A DNA stretch of 64,000 nucleotides from Lama glama (lineage: Eukaryota), in contig CM052850.1 in the NCBI GenBank assembly GCA_028534125.1, positions 2,356,001 through 2,420,000 of the forward strand, in the 5' to 3' direction. Each line of letters starts with the position of its first letter. The first letter of the stretch is position 1. Below, one piece after another: positions 11,567 through 25,767 of this stretch. The notes under the pieces are model-generated. The model was not told the origin of the DNA and searched no databases. It saw only the letters and a list, made by a program, of their open reading frames with translations. A program made the position numbers and the translations under genes.

Positions 11567-13639
11567 CTAGCCCTAGAATAGAAAATTTAAAAAAAAAATA
11601 CAGCACTGGAAAAGAGAAACCACTGTTTTCAACCTGCATTTGGAACCACTCATCATTCTGCTGGCGACCAGCATATCTGTGACAAATGACATCATTTGTC
11701 ACACTCAGCCATATGGAAGACCAGTGCTAGATTGTAAACCAGTTTCTGCTCAGTTTCTCCATTTGGCGGAAAAATGCCAGGGTTTAAACAGTGAACAGTT
11801 TGTTTAAATATTAAGCAGTCATGGTCTTTTAAAAATTTTCCTCTACTCTCAGTAAGAATATGGTTTTATTGTGCCAACATCCCTGGCCAAACTAAACAAT
11901 TCAATGCCATGAACATTTACTGAAGGGATTACTCTACCAGGCGCTGTGTCTGTTGGGTTATGAACTGGGTGGAATGATTTCAGAGGTGATGCTGAGGTGA
12001 CAGCCTCTGGGGTTGATGGCTAGGCAGGGGGATGCTTACATGGTGATGCGGTAAAAGGACAGGGACCAAGTTAGCCAAGCCTTTAGAGGACTTTCTGTTT
12101 TGACTGCAAATATGCAATATATTGCATGTAAATACATACATATACTGAACATATTTTTTAAAAATTTACATATATGTACTCTTCATTGTTTCTAAGAACA
12201 GTTTAGAGCTTTAGCTTTTTAAACTTACCTAGTTATCAAAGGAATAAAGCCAACCACAAAATAAGAATCAACAGAACGCAGCACTCCAGTCATAAAGGAC
12301 AGTCAGATGTGCTTGCACATATTCAAGAAATCAGTCATCTACATTATAAATAATTAGTTCATTTGTGTCCTTTTTGTTTTTTAAGATTCCACATATAAGC
12401 GATATCATACGGCATTTTAGAGGCCTTTGAATGAAAAGGATGGAGAGCTGTCATCACAGTATACCTGTTATTAAATCACTATTTGGTTCCTGCAGACACC
12501 CTTAGCCAATGGGATCCACTGGGCTGGTTAGGAAAAAAAAAAAAAAAAGCAGCCAGTCCTGCCCGAGTATTTGTCAGCTGCTGCCATTCACTGCTACAAG
12601 GACAGGCACCCTTTGACCGAGGCACGAATGCAGACCCAGCTTCCTGATCCTGGGAGCGGGCACAGGGATCAGTGCCTGGGCAGCAACTCTCAGTGGGTGT
12701 GGAGCTGAGAGAGCGAGATGGGACACCGTCTCTGCCAGTGTCCCAGAGAGAGCCACTGCACAGTCCACTGCTAGTGACTGTGAATCCAGTGGAGAATCTG
12801 AGGCATGAGCAAGGATTTCCAGTTACTTAAAAATAATCCATAGCTTCAAGCTTACTTAGACTGGGATCACAGGGAAAAAGCTGAAGTTTTTCCCCTAACC
12901 TGTCCCCTTGCTGCCCGTGAGGGCTTTAGCTGGGTTTTCACAACTGCTAGAGAGCAAAGTGATATTTAAATGTTGGCTTAAATGTCAGTATCACAACCAC
13001 CTTCCTCAGCGTGTCTTTGCCTGAGAACCACTGGGAAGATGAGTACTGCTCTCCAAGAAATGGGTCCCTTTTTGTCCTACAGAAAATGAATAATTGCAGG
13101 GTCCCCAGTCGGTAGCAAGGGCTCTATAAATCACTGAGTGACCTCAGAGAGTTGAATAACTGGAACCCTGAGTGACCTCTTACTCTGAAAACCTTGTCTG
13201 GCTTCTCATTGTTGCTCGGATGGAGTCTGGAGACCTGACCCTGGCCCTTCTCATGATGTGGGTACCACCTTGCCAGCCTTGCCTGTATCCTGTATCCCTT
13301 TCCCTGACTCCTTGAATGCCAATGTGCTGGACTCTCTTACGGGCTTCCTTCTGCCTCAGGGCTTGAATAAAGGCTATTCCCAGAGTACAGAATGTGTCTA
13401 ACTTCCCTGGCCCATGCAAGCTCTTTCTTTTTTGAATTCTTCCTTTAAAATTCTTATCAAGTGACTTCCTTAAGGAAATCCTGACATCTCCCCCCACCAG
13501 AACTGAGCAGAGTTCCTGCTCACATGCACTCAGGTCAGACTAGCACTTAGAAGAACTGTAACTAACTCATCAAAAATGACAAGTTTTCTTCTTCCTGATA
13601 ATTCTGTTTCATGTCTACCAGATGTAAACGCGATGAGAG

Positions 13640-14380
13640 AGGAGCCCTGTCCACAGGACCCCCGGTGCACTCTCACCTGAGTGATACAGGGCACTAGAAA
13701 CACGGGCGGTCATCTTTTATTCCTCCCTCTCCTCCACGCCATGTAGCAAATCAATCACCAACTCCTATCCATTCTATGCACTAATTACCTCTCAAGTCTG
13801 ACGGTCTCTCCTTGTTTCTATCCTGTTAGTCCAAGCCACAGTTATTAGTAATTTACACAATTGCAGTCACTTACGAAATGGTGTTCTGTCTCCCAAATTG
13901 CCTCCCTCCCATCCACTGAGTCCACTCTGGAAAAAAGAGGGGTCTTTGGAAAGCCCAGATCTGTTCATGTCACTGATGATCGTGTCAGCCATTATCCTTG
14001 GATGAAACTAAACTTCTGTGTCCCTACACCCAGGCCCCTAGGTAGCTCTCCAGACCCATCACCTGCCATCTCCCCTGATCTCTCTCTGCACCAACCATTC
14101 TGACAGTTTTTAGGTTCCTTAAACACTTTCTCTCACCTCTCTTGAAGTATTTGCTTTTGAGTCTCGCTCCAGTGTTACTTCCTCAGGGAAGCGTCCTCAA
14201 ACTGCTGCCTCCTTTACACGGCATCACAATACCTACCCTTCCACATTTTAACTGTTCTCACTCTTGCGTCCATGGGGACTGCGATCATGTTGGCCACTGA
14301 CTCCCCAGTGCCTGAACCAGCTTTTGGGTCACATTGGCTCTCAGTAACTGTTGGTCAAATCAATGAGTAAATGAATCAAT
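13640..14380 (+). mobile_element. Degenerate LINE-2 3' region
   Basis: Pyrimidine-rich L2-like body ending in ctcagtaactgttgg...aatgagtaaatgaatcaat; boundaries approximate. Confidence 0.45.
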
Positions 14381-15164
14381 AAATATATGGGAGAGACGCT
14401 GGGATGGTCCAGTGGTGGGTGTTAATTTGCACAGCAAATTGCTGTGGATAAAACAGATCTCGATGGGGGAGGGTGTCCTCTATTTCTAAGCCAAAGACCC
14501 CTGAAAAGCACTGTGAACTCTTCCAAGGAGGCAGTGGTCCTGCTCTAGTCTTCCCTCTTGACCTCCTTCCTGCACAGATCAAAGAGAATCATCTATTTGC
14601 TTCCCACAGACAAAGCATCCACAGCGTGCTACCTCGTCACACCACAGGTTTGTAAAAATGACCAACAGCCTTGGTCAGGACTCTGGTCCTTTTCTTCTGT
14701 GTTGGATTGTGGCCTCTGAAAGCAATGCTTTTCTAAAACAGGTCTCCAACACCACGGGCAGAAATTCATGGTGCGAGAGATTCCAAACGGTATTCTGACC
14801 AAAGTCTCATTCCCGAGCCCGGGATTTCACTCCTCTGATAATTACCGAAGTTGTGATACTGAGTGGTGACTGCTTCCATGAGAGCTAGGACTGGCAAGCA
14901 GTCACCAACCACAAAAAGTCATGTACACTGGGCGGAGGGCCTCACGCCCTTTGGGTACTCCCTACATGCCGCTGCTAATAGAAGGACAGTGCTACAGTGA
15001 GGTGTGTATATTATAACGGAGACTGCATGATGGCTAATGGCCTTGGCAAATTCCTTAATTAAGGTGTTTTTTTTTTCACTTTCAATATAGAAAATTAAAA
15101 AAAATGTTTTGCCTGATTTAAGGTTCCTTTTGTTCACCACAGATAATACCATGTAACAGGGAGA

Positions 15165-15275
15165 TTCTGGGCTTGGAAATAATTCCAGTTCAGCTGCCTA
15201 CGAGCCACGTGGCTTTGGGCAACTTAGTTTAACCTCTCTGAGTCTCTAGTTCCTCACTGTAAAGTGGTGATGCCA
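15165..15275 (+). mobile_element. MIR SINE fragment
   Basis: MIR core ttgggcaacttagtttaacctctctgagtctctagttcctcactgtaaa. Confidence 0.6.
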
Positions 15276-15543
15276 ATACACCCCCTTCCTCCTTTGTCCG
15301 TTTGCAGAGTTCGCCGTCTCCTGAGCTGGCCACGGCACCACACAGGCTTAGCCTGCTCTTCTGCTGTCCCTGCTGAATGACCATTTTAAGGTACCAAATG
15401 CTGTCTTCTCAAGGTCAGAGGCGGGATCATCCATGAATCTCAGAGTTAGGAGTCTTTCCCGGGCACTTCCTGGGCCTGCCCACCGGCACGGGTGGCGAGG
15501 CCGGCGGGAGACCCGTCGGCCCCCGAGGGCCCTGTTATACTCA

Positions 15544-15729
<186 letters not shown>

Positions 15730-15844
15730 TTACTTGAGTAAAACAGGAATGTGACTGATACCTTGTTTGACTGTTTGAACCTCTGCTCCCCCTGGGTTTC
15801 TAATCCCCTGATCCTAGAAAGTTCCTGGACCCTGCAACAACTCA

Positions 15845-16156
<312 letters not shown>

Positions 16157-16509
16157 TCATGGAGGGTTCCATACGGGCCAGACACTGAGGGTCCCCATAT
16201 GCAACCTCAGGGAGTGCCATGGCCACCTGGCGAGGGGGATGACACTGGTGGTCAGCATCACGCTAGTAAGCACCACCCCACACTGGTCCAGGATTCCCTC
16301 TCCTGTAGCACCACTTTCTCCCCAGCCATTTGAAGGTTTGCGGACCCATGTTATGCTGGATAGACAGTCATGCACCCAAGAAGTTTCACCCCCAACCTCA
16401 GTGACCTCTCTTAAGACACTGTTTTCAATTAATAATGACAAAAGGGGCTCAGGAAGTGAAGGACTTTTATTTCCTAAGAATGAAAGAGTGCCCCTTATCT
16501 CTTTAATCA

Positions 16510-16725
<216 letters not shown>

Positions 16726-17554
16726 TCATAACGAAAAGAGAACAGACCTGGAAATAACGAGGACCGAGGGGGGAGGGGGGCGAGGAGCTGAGTCAGCGTG
16801 GGCTTCTCGCGCTCTCCGAGGAAATCTTGGCGCTTAGGCACAGTGGAGCTGGCAGTACTGGGCCTTTCTGCTGAAGAAGCAGAACACGGTCCGGCTCCCA
16901 TTTTCAGTGGCTCAGGGACATCCTGCCACAGAGGTCTGAGCCCTGGGGCCCAGATCAGCCTCCTCATTCATTCAGCAAGTGTCCCAGGGGCTCACTCTAT
17001 GAGCGGGGAATGAAGGGAGACAGGGTGGGCCGCCTCTGTCTCATCAGACGCACATCAGTTCTTCCCAGAGTCGGAGTGACCTGATTTTAAAAAGGATTTG
17101 GAGCAGGCAAGAGCAGGAAGCTGGAGGTCCCTCTGGAAGTAGTAAACCCTTTCTTTCTTAAAACCACTGGACTAGAAATCAAGAAGAACAAAGTGCTGCC
17201 TTGATGGTGCCTGCCACCAGAGCCTTCCAAGCTGGTAAGATGCCATGAAAGGAAAAGAGGACAAAGTTAAGACTCACCTGTCCAACAAGCAGCTATTTCT
17301 AAAATGCCTCCCACATGCCAGACACCAAAGATCATTTACTGCTAACGCTGAAGGGAGCCTTTGTGATTATCAAACCATTCACGTCATCAGGGGGAAAGGA
17401 CACACATTATAGTTGCTGCATCTCACAGGACAAATGGGGACCCCACTATCTGATTGCCTGGTCACTGCACTGGCAGATGGATGAACGTTCAAACATCTCC
17501 ATCCTGTACCACCCTCTGTGAGTTGTTCCAGAATCTTTTTCCTTCCTAAGCTTA

Positions 17555-17860
<306 letters not shown>

Positions 17861-19709
17861 CTAGGGAATGATGCCAAATTCCATGGGAAGAGGGACTAGT
17901 CATTCTGTAGGACTCCTCCACGGTCCTAAGAATGTCTTTAACAGGGATCCTTAAAAGAAAAAAAGTGGTTCAGGCAAAGGAGTCAGCTCTGCGAGGTGGC
18001 TCCATTCCCTGTTCCAGGAATGCCCTGGATTTCCACTTGTCCCATGAATACTGCCCCCTCCCCCAAACTCAGGTGGAAAGATGGTGATGGGGGAGATTGT
18101 TGTTTTGCTTCTCTGATTTGGAAGATGCATCCTGATGCCCCCTTTTTGAGTCTTTAAAAGATGAAGTTTGCCAGCACATGGTTGAACATGCAGAAGTTCA
18201 GCTTATCCAGAGGATGAGGCGGAGCAGAATGGAAGAGTAGGAAAATGCAAACAGGGTCCAGGGGGAGAGGCGTGGGGAGAGCGGAGAAGAGAGAATGGGA
18301 GAAGGGTGATCAAGGCAGGAGCAGAGTGGGCAGGCCTTGTGCCCCTCACCCAAAGGAAGGGGATCAAACTGAAATGGCCAAATCCACTTTCCAGAGAGTA
18401 TCTTGCTTTTTGGAATTCTTTAACTTTTCCTCCAATCCCCACATCCCTTCTCCCACCAAGCTTCACCCCAGAAAGTCAAAGAACTCGGGGCCACATTCCA
18501 CCACCTGGTACTTTGGGATGTGGCATCATGAGCAAAAAGGATGCCAGCCCCTACACTGCACGGAAGGAGCCCTGTAGTGGGGTGGGTGAGGGTCCCTAAA
18601 GGGCCCCGTTGCAATGAGATGCTCTCTGGAGCTGTCGACTTAGAGGTAGCGGCAGAAGGTCCTCCGGCAGAACCACCAGCCTAGCAGGAAGGCGAGTGTT
18701 TCTTCCCAAGGCAGGCTCTCTAAGACTCCATTGTAGCATCTTGCCTAATGTGCTTCCACAAACATGGTGTCTTAGAGTGTAAAGCCATTTTGTGACTGAG
18801 TTCTATCTCTCTTTAAGCTTCTGGAGAAGTGGCAACATTGTTATAGTGAATTCCTAGGGGGATGAAAGAGCTCCAGAGCTCAAGGTCAGTCTGAACAGCA
18901 ATGGGGAATGAACAGCAGCTATAAGTAACTGTGGAGAAAGACTCAGGCCCCCAGGCTCTGAGCACCCTAATGGCAGGCACAATGCCTAATGGCACCCGAG
19001 GTACAACGCTGCTCTAAGCAAGCTGAGGGGAATCCACCCATAACTCAGCCATACCAACAAGACAGATCTAATGCTGAATGCAACAGGTGCCCATGGTCAC
19101 CCTTTCCCTTGTACTGCGAGAAAATGGGTAGCCGGGCTAATGGAGAAAGGGAGCTGCATACTTCATCATGTATCGCGGGACAGAAGTCATGTTCCTTTCT
19201 TTCTCATACCTAGAAGGAACCATGCCATCATTCCTTCCTACATCATGAAGAAATTTAAGTTTTCCTCTCTCCTAAAAGTTTCTTTTTGAACCATGTTTAG
19301 AGGAATTTCTGCATTATTTCCTTTGCTTTTCTGATTGAAGATGTGGTTTTTTTAAATAAGCTCTGAGAGCTGTCTTGCTGTAGGGCCTCCTTCTTGCCCA
19401 TATGTACTGTCCAGCCGGCCACCACTCTGCCTCCTCTGAAAGGAAATGTGCTACTTAACCCATCTTTCTAGTGATCCACTCACGAGAAACCACACATTTA
19501 AACACAGAATAACATATTTTAAAACCTCACGTTGAATAGTATCACAAACCACCTTGTGTATCGATTCAGGACTTTATCCTTTCAGAAGACCTTCCTGACC
19601 CTCTCATCTAATTTCTTTTGCCGTTGGTCCCCCTCCTCCGCCTCCCCAGCCCAGCTTCCTCCCCACATTCTGGCCTCCCCGCAGCGGGATCCCATTTCCT
19701 GCTGGTCTC

Positions 19710-19857
19710 NNNNNNNNNNNNNNNNNNNNNNNNNNNNNNNNNNNNNNNNNNNNNNNNNNNNNNNNNNNNNNNNNNNNNNNNNNNNNNNNNNNNNNNNNNN
19801 NNNNNNNNNNNNNNNNNNNNNNNNNNNNNNNNNNNNNNNNNNNNNNNNNNNNNNNNN
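19710..19857 (-). other. Assembly gap (148 N), probably containing a copy of the EF-hand exon (~39, downstream copy)
   Basis: The N-run is seen directly; its content is inferred. It is preceded on the minus strand by a 156-nt AG-free pyrimidine-rich tract ending ...cccaccccac. Confidence 0.65.
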
Positions 19858-21675
19858 GTGGGGTGGGAGCGGGGCGGGGTGGCAGGGAAAAGATGCAGAC
19901 GGGGAGGGGGCAGGAGAACAGGCATTCCCACGGAGCCAAAACAAACAAACAAAAGAATACAGAAAACAGGAAAAGAAAAACAAAAAAGGACAAACAGGAA
20001 AAGAATAGGAAACCTGTTAATCAAGGCAAAATCGTACACGTGTCTCCATCCTGGTGCAGATTTATATCACGCCCCACACAGACCCGGGAACGAACGTGGC
20101 GGCCACCTCTGGTCCCACCGACTCTCCTGTGAGCTGTCACAGGGACTGGTTTTCTCCTCCTGGGTTAGCATCACCCTACTTTCCTGTGGGCGCCATCCGT
20201 CCCCCACACCACACAAGCTTATCTTCAATTCCCAGGGCTGTGTGCGGGCGGTATAAACCGGATAGACGGCGCTCCAGCCGTGGGCTCGGATTTCTGGCCC
20301 CGGCTGGGGTGGGCCCTGGCCTGGAAGTCAGGCCTGTCTCCTGCTCTGACCCACAGGCGGAGCACCGTGTATCCCCCTCTGTGCTGAGTGCAGCCGGAGG
20401 CGGCGGCTGGCGCTGCAAGTGGCGGCTGTGGCTGCTGCTCAGAGTTGGCCCGTTGCTTCCACCTGGCTCTGCGGAGGAGAGGGCTCTGTGTGCCCCGGCA
20501 TGCCCCGGGGCCACGGTAGGCATGCCAGGGACAGAAGAAACAAAACCAGGAGGAGGAAGAGCATCTCGCATGCCATGCTGCCCTCCCCGGCTCTCCCCCA
20601 TGCGGCTGCCGGCTTCACCAGGGTGGAGTTTAAAGAGTCTTAGCAGAGGCAGCTGTTTGGCCTCCCGAGTATGGGAATCACTTGTCACCACCCCAGGCCA
20701 GCTCCTTTCCATCGCCCTGGCTGGCAGTTTCCTGGGCCTAAGTCTTATTCCGGCCCCAGGGAGCCCCGCTTCCCTCCTGTGCGCCTGGACAGGCTTCCTT
20801 ATCTGGTGGGTGTGGCCTCGGACAGGGGCTTGGTGGAGCCACTGGGTTAAGAGTCCCCAAGGTCTGGCAGAGTTGGAGAGGGAGGTCCTGTGTGCCCTGA
20901 ACAATGTCCTTGGTCCCACAAATAAGCAGTGACTCAGCAGTTACCCCTTGGCCCCCTCAACAATATACACAAGGACCCTCAGGCAAGGAATCTGGTCCAG
21001 AGACCCCGCCATCCATGCGACCTTCCCAGATCCTCTGAGCTACTAAATCCTCCCCCACAACACCAGCTCTGTCCTCTGTGTGTTCTTTACTTATCCTCAT
21101 CTCTTGCTCTCATTTTGAAACTGTTTTTCACCTCCTTTCTGTCCTACAGCTTTTATAATTGCTTGTGGCCAAGCTACCTGGGAGCTGGGGGTGGGGGTAG
21201 AGGCCAGGGTGGCTAGAATCAGACTTTTCTACATCATATATGGGATGAGCATACAATTTTCCTAAAAAGAAGCGCTCTGTCGCCAGTGAAAAGAAACCAG
21301 AACTTTCTGCTGGATTAACAAGACTTCTGCATTTTTCTGGAGGAGGGAGAGGTCCCTTGAGTTAAGTCCACAGATTAAGGTGGAGTGAGAAAGAGAGTGT
21401 GTGTTCACGAATGAGTGTGTGCAGGTGAAGTAAACCGAGAGAGGTGAAATCAGCCTTTGTTATTAAGTCCTTGACTCATTTTTTCCTGCCTTCCCCAGAA
21501 AAGGGGGCCCTTCTTCCTTGTGTAACAGCTGCTGGTTCTGGGAGGGTCTGGATCTCTTTAAACTCAAAGGAAAGCAACATGAAGGTTCCCTCATGTGGCG
21601 CAGTGGTGGTGGAGCAGAACGGAGAGGAGGGGGGCTGGAGGCTGCACCCCACCGCCGGTCATGGTCACGGTCACG

Positions 21676-21839
21676 NNNNNNNNNNNNNNNNNNNNNNNNN
21701 NNNNNNNNNNNNNNNNNNNNNNNNNNNNNNNNNNNNNNNNNNNNNNNNNNNNNNNNNNNNNNNNNNNNNNNNNNNNNNNNNNNNNNNNNNNNNNNNNNNN
21801 NNNNNNNNNNNNNNNNNNNNNNNNNNNNNNNNNNNNNNN
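21676..21839 (-). other. Assembly gap (164 N), probably containing a copy of the EF-hand exon (~39, upstream copy)
   Basis: The N-run is seen directly; its content is inferred. The minus-strand flank entering the gap is gctaagctgtcatttctctcc (branch-like plus pyrimidine tract), and the required 3n+1 exon is absent elsewhere in the intron. Confidence 0.6.
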
Positions 21840-23449
21840 GGAGAGAAATGACAGCTTAGCCACGACGGGGACAGCTGGAAGAGAAAGGGCAGCTTCTTTC
21901 CTTGGGCCCAGCAAAGCCAGGGCAGGAGAGGCAGAGGACAGTAAGCATCAGAACCATCATTTTGCAAACTGCACTGCCTCTAATTCTCTAAGGAAATCAG
22001 AGCCCGTTCCATGCCTAGTGACCACGAGCACCTGTCTGGCCCATACCTGGCCAGATGCAGAAAATGGAGCCTGGCTCAAGCTAGACTTCAAAGAACAAAG
22101 CCCACCAGTTCACAAATGCCTCTGACTGCAGTCAGCAGTAGACACCAGGATGCCGTGAAGCAGACTGCAGAACACTTTGCTTTTCACAGACACTGAATAC
22201 AGTCAGTTACTCAGACCCGCTCGTCAGGGAAGTGGGAAGTCAGCGTCTTCCTACAGAAGACCAGAGGGAAATTTCCTGTTAGGCTAATTAGCAGGGGGCA
22301 CAGCTGGCATGAAGTGATTTGCAAAGGGCTTTGTTTCTCTTTGTGGCAGATTTTCCCCGAGTCCCGCTTGGACAAACTCTTCTCTATTTGGTGGAGCCCG
22401 TTGGGATCTGTGCTCTGACAGCAGCCTGAGAGGGGGCCGCCACGTTCTCCCCCCAGCCTTGCTCCAGCCACCCGGCCCATAGGCAGCCGGTCAGATCCAG
22501 TCAGAATTCCAGGAACAACGTGACCTATCTTATCAACCCCCTTTCACAGAGCCTGCTGGAGAATCCTGGCAGGACAGAATCAACAGTTGATTCATTTTCA
22601 GTGGTTACCACATCTGCTCCATCAGGGGCCAAATCACAACGGCCAGGGGTCTGCAGGTCTAGACACATCCTGGTACCAACCAGGGCCTCCGCCGGAAATT
22701 ACAAGCAGGCATCTCCACCTGCAAGCATCCAACCCTCACCAGCCGCGTCGAGACTGCAGTTTCACCCCAGCTTCATTCTTCCTCCTTTTCTTGATTTTGC
22801 TGTTGATTCTTCCTTTTCTTCCAAACAGCGGCTCGCCAGTACTCCCAGGTCTCCTGACTCTTGAGAGGAGGTTCCTTTAACCACGTGTTCTTTTGTTCCT
22901 TATCGCAGCTGGGATGTGGGTGAGTTGGCACTGCTGTCTGTGGGCCGGTGTGCTCTGCAACCTGCCTCATTCTCCTTTCTGAAGACGCTGGCTCACTGGT
23001 CCTTTGCTGGTTTCCCGTCTCATCTCATAGAGAAGGCCAGGGAGATGGTAACCAGGGCGAGTTACACTGCGAACTTCGAAGCAGACACAAGAGGTGCTCC
23101 TTGGTGTTCTTGCTCTTTTACAGCTCGTGTGTCCGAGTCTTACGATTAGACCCCGTGGAATCATTTCTTCCCAGCCGATGGAAACACTGGGGAGCAGCAT
23201 TTGGGCCCCAAAATACTATGGAGCCATAGGAAGCTGGGGTTTCTGAGAGCCAAGGGCACCGGCGTGAGGCTAGGTGAGCAGCGAACCCCTTGGCTAGCTG
23301 CTGGTTTCTCCTCCCTCAGGTGAGTGAGGAGGCCCCTTTTTGGTCTCTTGATCCCATGGCCATCCAGCTTTACAGATGCTAATTTTCCATGCTTTCTACT
23401 TGCTTTCCCATATGGTGACTGTTAATTATAACAACAGTTACATATATAA

Positions 23450-23560
23450 TTTAACATACACCTCACAAGGTAGGTGGGATCATTGCCACTATTACACCGA
23501 TGAGGAAGCTCTGGGTGGTAAGGTGACTTGCCCAAGGCCACAGAGTTGATGAAGAGCAGG
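23450..23560 (-). mobile_element. MIR SINE fragment
   Basis: gatgaggaagct...aaggtgacttgcccaaggccacag. Confidence 0.6.
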
Positions 23561-24028
23561 CTGGCTGCCCTCCCCTGTAACACGCTGCCTACCGTAGTTT
23601 AAGCAGCCTATCCGACTAGAAATTAGGCCCAGAAAGTAACAGCCATTGCTCAGCCATTGTAACAGGAATGGATTTACAAAACCCTGTGCTCTAGGTCATT
23701 AATAATTACTGAGAGGAAGAGGAACTCTCACTCACTCTTCCAGCATCTGAAGCAGTGACCCAAGTTCAACAGCCTCATAGGAGGACAGATTTGGGAGAGG
23801 GTCTTAGATTATGAAGTGGCTCCAGGTGGAAGCAACGTGGTCCATTCCTGTGAAGGATGGCATTTCTGGTAGTATTTTCAGAGGGGGACCAGAATGGATA
23901 GATTGCTGAGATAAGATCCTGAAACTCAGATGCCTTGGGACTGGACAGTTCCTGTGGAGTGAGGGCTCATAGGACTCCCACCCCACCTTCAACAGTGAGG
24001 GCCAAAAGCCTGCCCTTGAACTCTAAAG

Positions 24029-24242
24029 CAGGGACCGGCAAACTTCTTCAGTAAAGGGTCAGATGGTAATATTTTTGAACTGGAGGGCCAGATCGCCTTT
24101 GTCACGACTATGTAACTGCCTTGCAGTGTGAAAGCAGCTGCAGACAATACATAAATAAGCATGGCTGTGTTCCAATAAACCTTTATTTGCAAAAATACAG
24201 TGGGCCACAGTTAGCCCACGGGTTATAGTTTGCCAGCCTCTG
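24029..24242. mobile_element. hAT-Charlie MITE, MER58A-like, full length
   Basis: Terminal inverted repeats cagggaccggcaaac / gtttgccagcctctg; perfect 8-bp TSD ctctaaag at 24021-24028 and 24243-24250. Confidence 0.85.
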
Positions 24243-24672
24243 CTCTAAAGTCCAGAAGGCACATGGTCACTGGAGAACTACTGCAAAGTGAAAAGGACCT
24301 GGGCGAGGTCATCCCCAGATTCCTGCCACTTCCTCAGTGCCACGCCACAAAAGTCTACAAGTGTTTCAGGGGTCAGGTGGAAGAGAAACTCGATTATTTT
24401 ATAGAATTTCAGAGTCACCTGGCAGTGTACCTTTTGAGAGGGATGAAAGACATAAAACAGTGGTGTCACTGCCCATGGTGGCTGGATGTCCAGCCGGCCC
24501 AGAAACCCCGTCAACCCCCCGGTGACTCAGAGGAGTCCACTAACGATTTTGGAAGCTCCTCCAGGGACTGAACTCAAATGTTCTGAGGTGAGGACTGTGT
24601 GCTAAGATTGGCAAAGGAAGGGAAAAGCCTGTCACAGAAGGAAAGTGGGGAGGAAGGAAGACAGGGAAGCTA

Positions 24673-25173
<501 letters not shown>

Positions 25174-25767
25174 TCACGTTCCTAGGCCCCTTTATATCAG
25201 CGAAGTCCTCTCCTGTTGCTTTTGTGAGCCATTCAGTTTCCTTCATTGTTACCACAGCTGCAGAGGGAGCAGTGGCAGCAACAAGGGTCTCAAAGGCTGG
25301 AGGGAGTCAGGACCTGAGACACCAGCCTCCCTCCCGGCCTCCCTCTCGGCCTCCCTCCCCAGCCCGTGCTCACCAAAGCAGCCAGCAAGAGAACCACTGA
25401 GAGGTCTCAGAGCTGACTGCGGGGCTTCCCGGGAAGCTGCTCACTGCCCTTAAACGCTTCCAAGACCCTGGGCTCCTGCTAATTTGTTCAACATTTATTC
25501 TGCACCCACTGTGTTCCAAAGAGAGACCCAGGTGCTGTGGATGGGAGATAAAGTTCCGGTCCAAGACCTGTCTCCATGCCTAGCACGTTGCTTAAAGCAC
25601 CGTAGGGGTTGGTTAGATGTCCTTACTTGAATATTCTTTGAGACTTCCTTAGTAGTTAGTAGAGACAGTGATGTGTTGGAAACATACAAATGTTACAGAT
25701 TTTTTTTTTTTGAGAGCCATGAAAGAAGCATGTGCAGCTCACAGTGGGGACAGAAAGGAGTATGGGT

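Noticed and set aside
20244-20260. GC box plus TATAAA (gggcggtataaa) as an antisense promoter
   Set aside because: Short motifs with wrong spacing and no other support
20054-20932. Longest ORFs in the window (292 aa on plus, 247 aa on minus) between the two gaps
   Set aside because: GC-rich, P/G/A/R-biased translations with no recognisable domain, overlapping on both strands; best explained as chance ORFs in GC-rich intron
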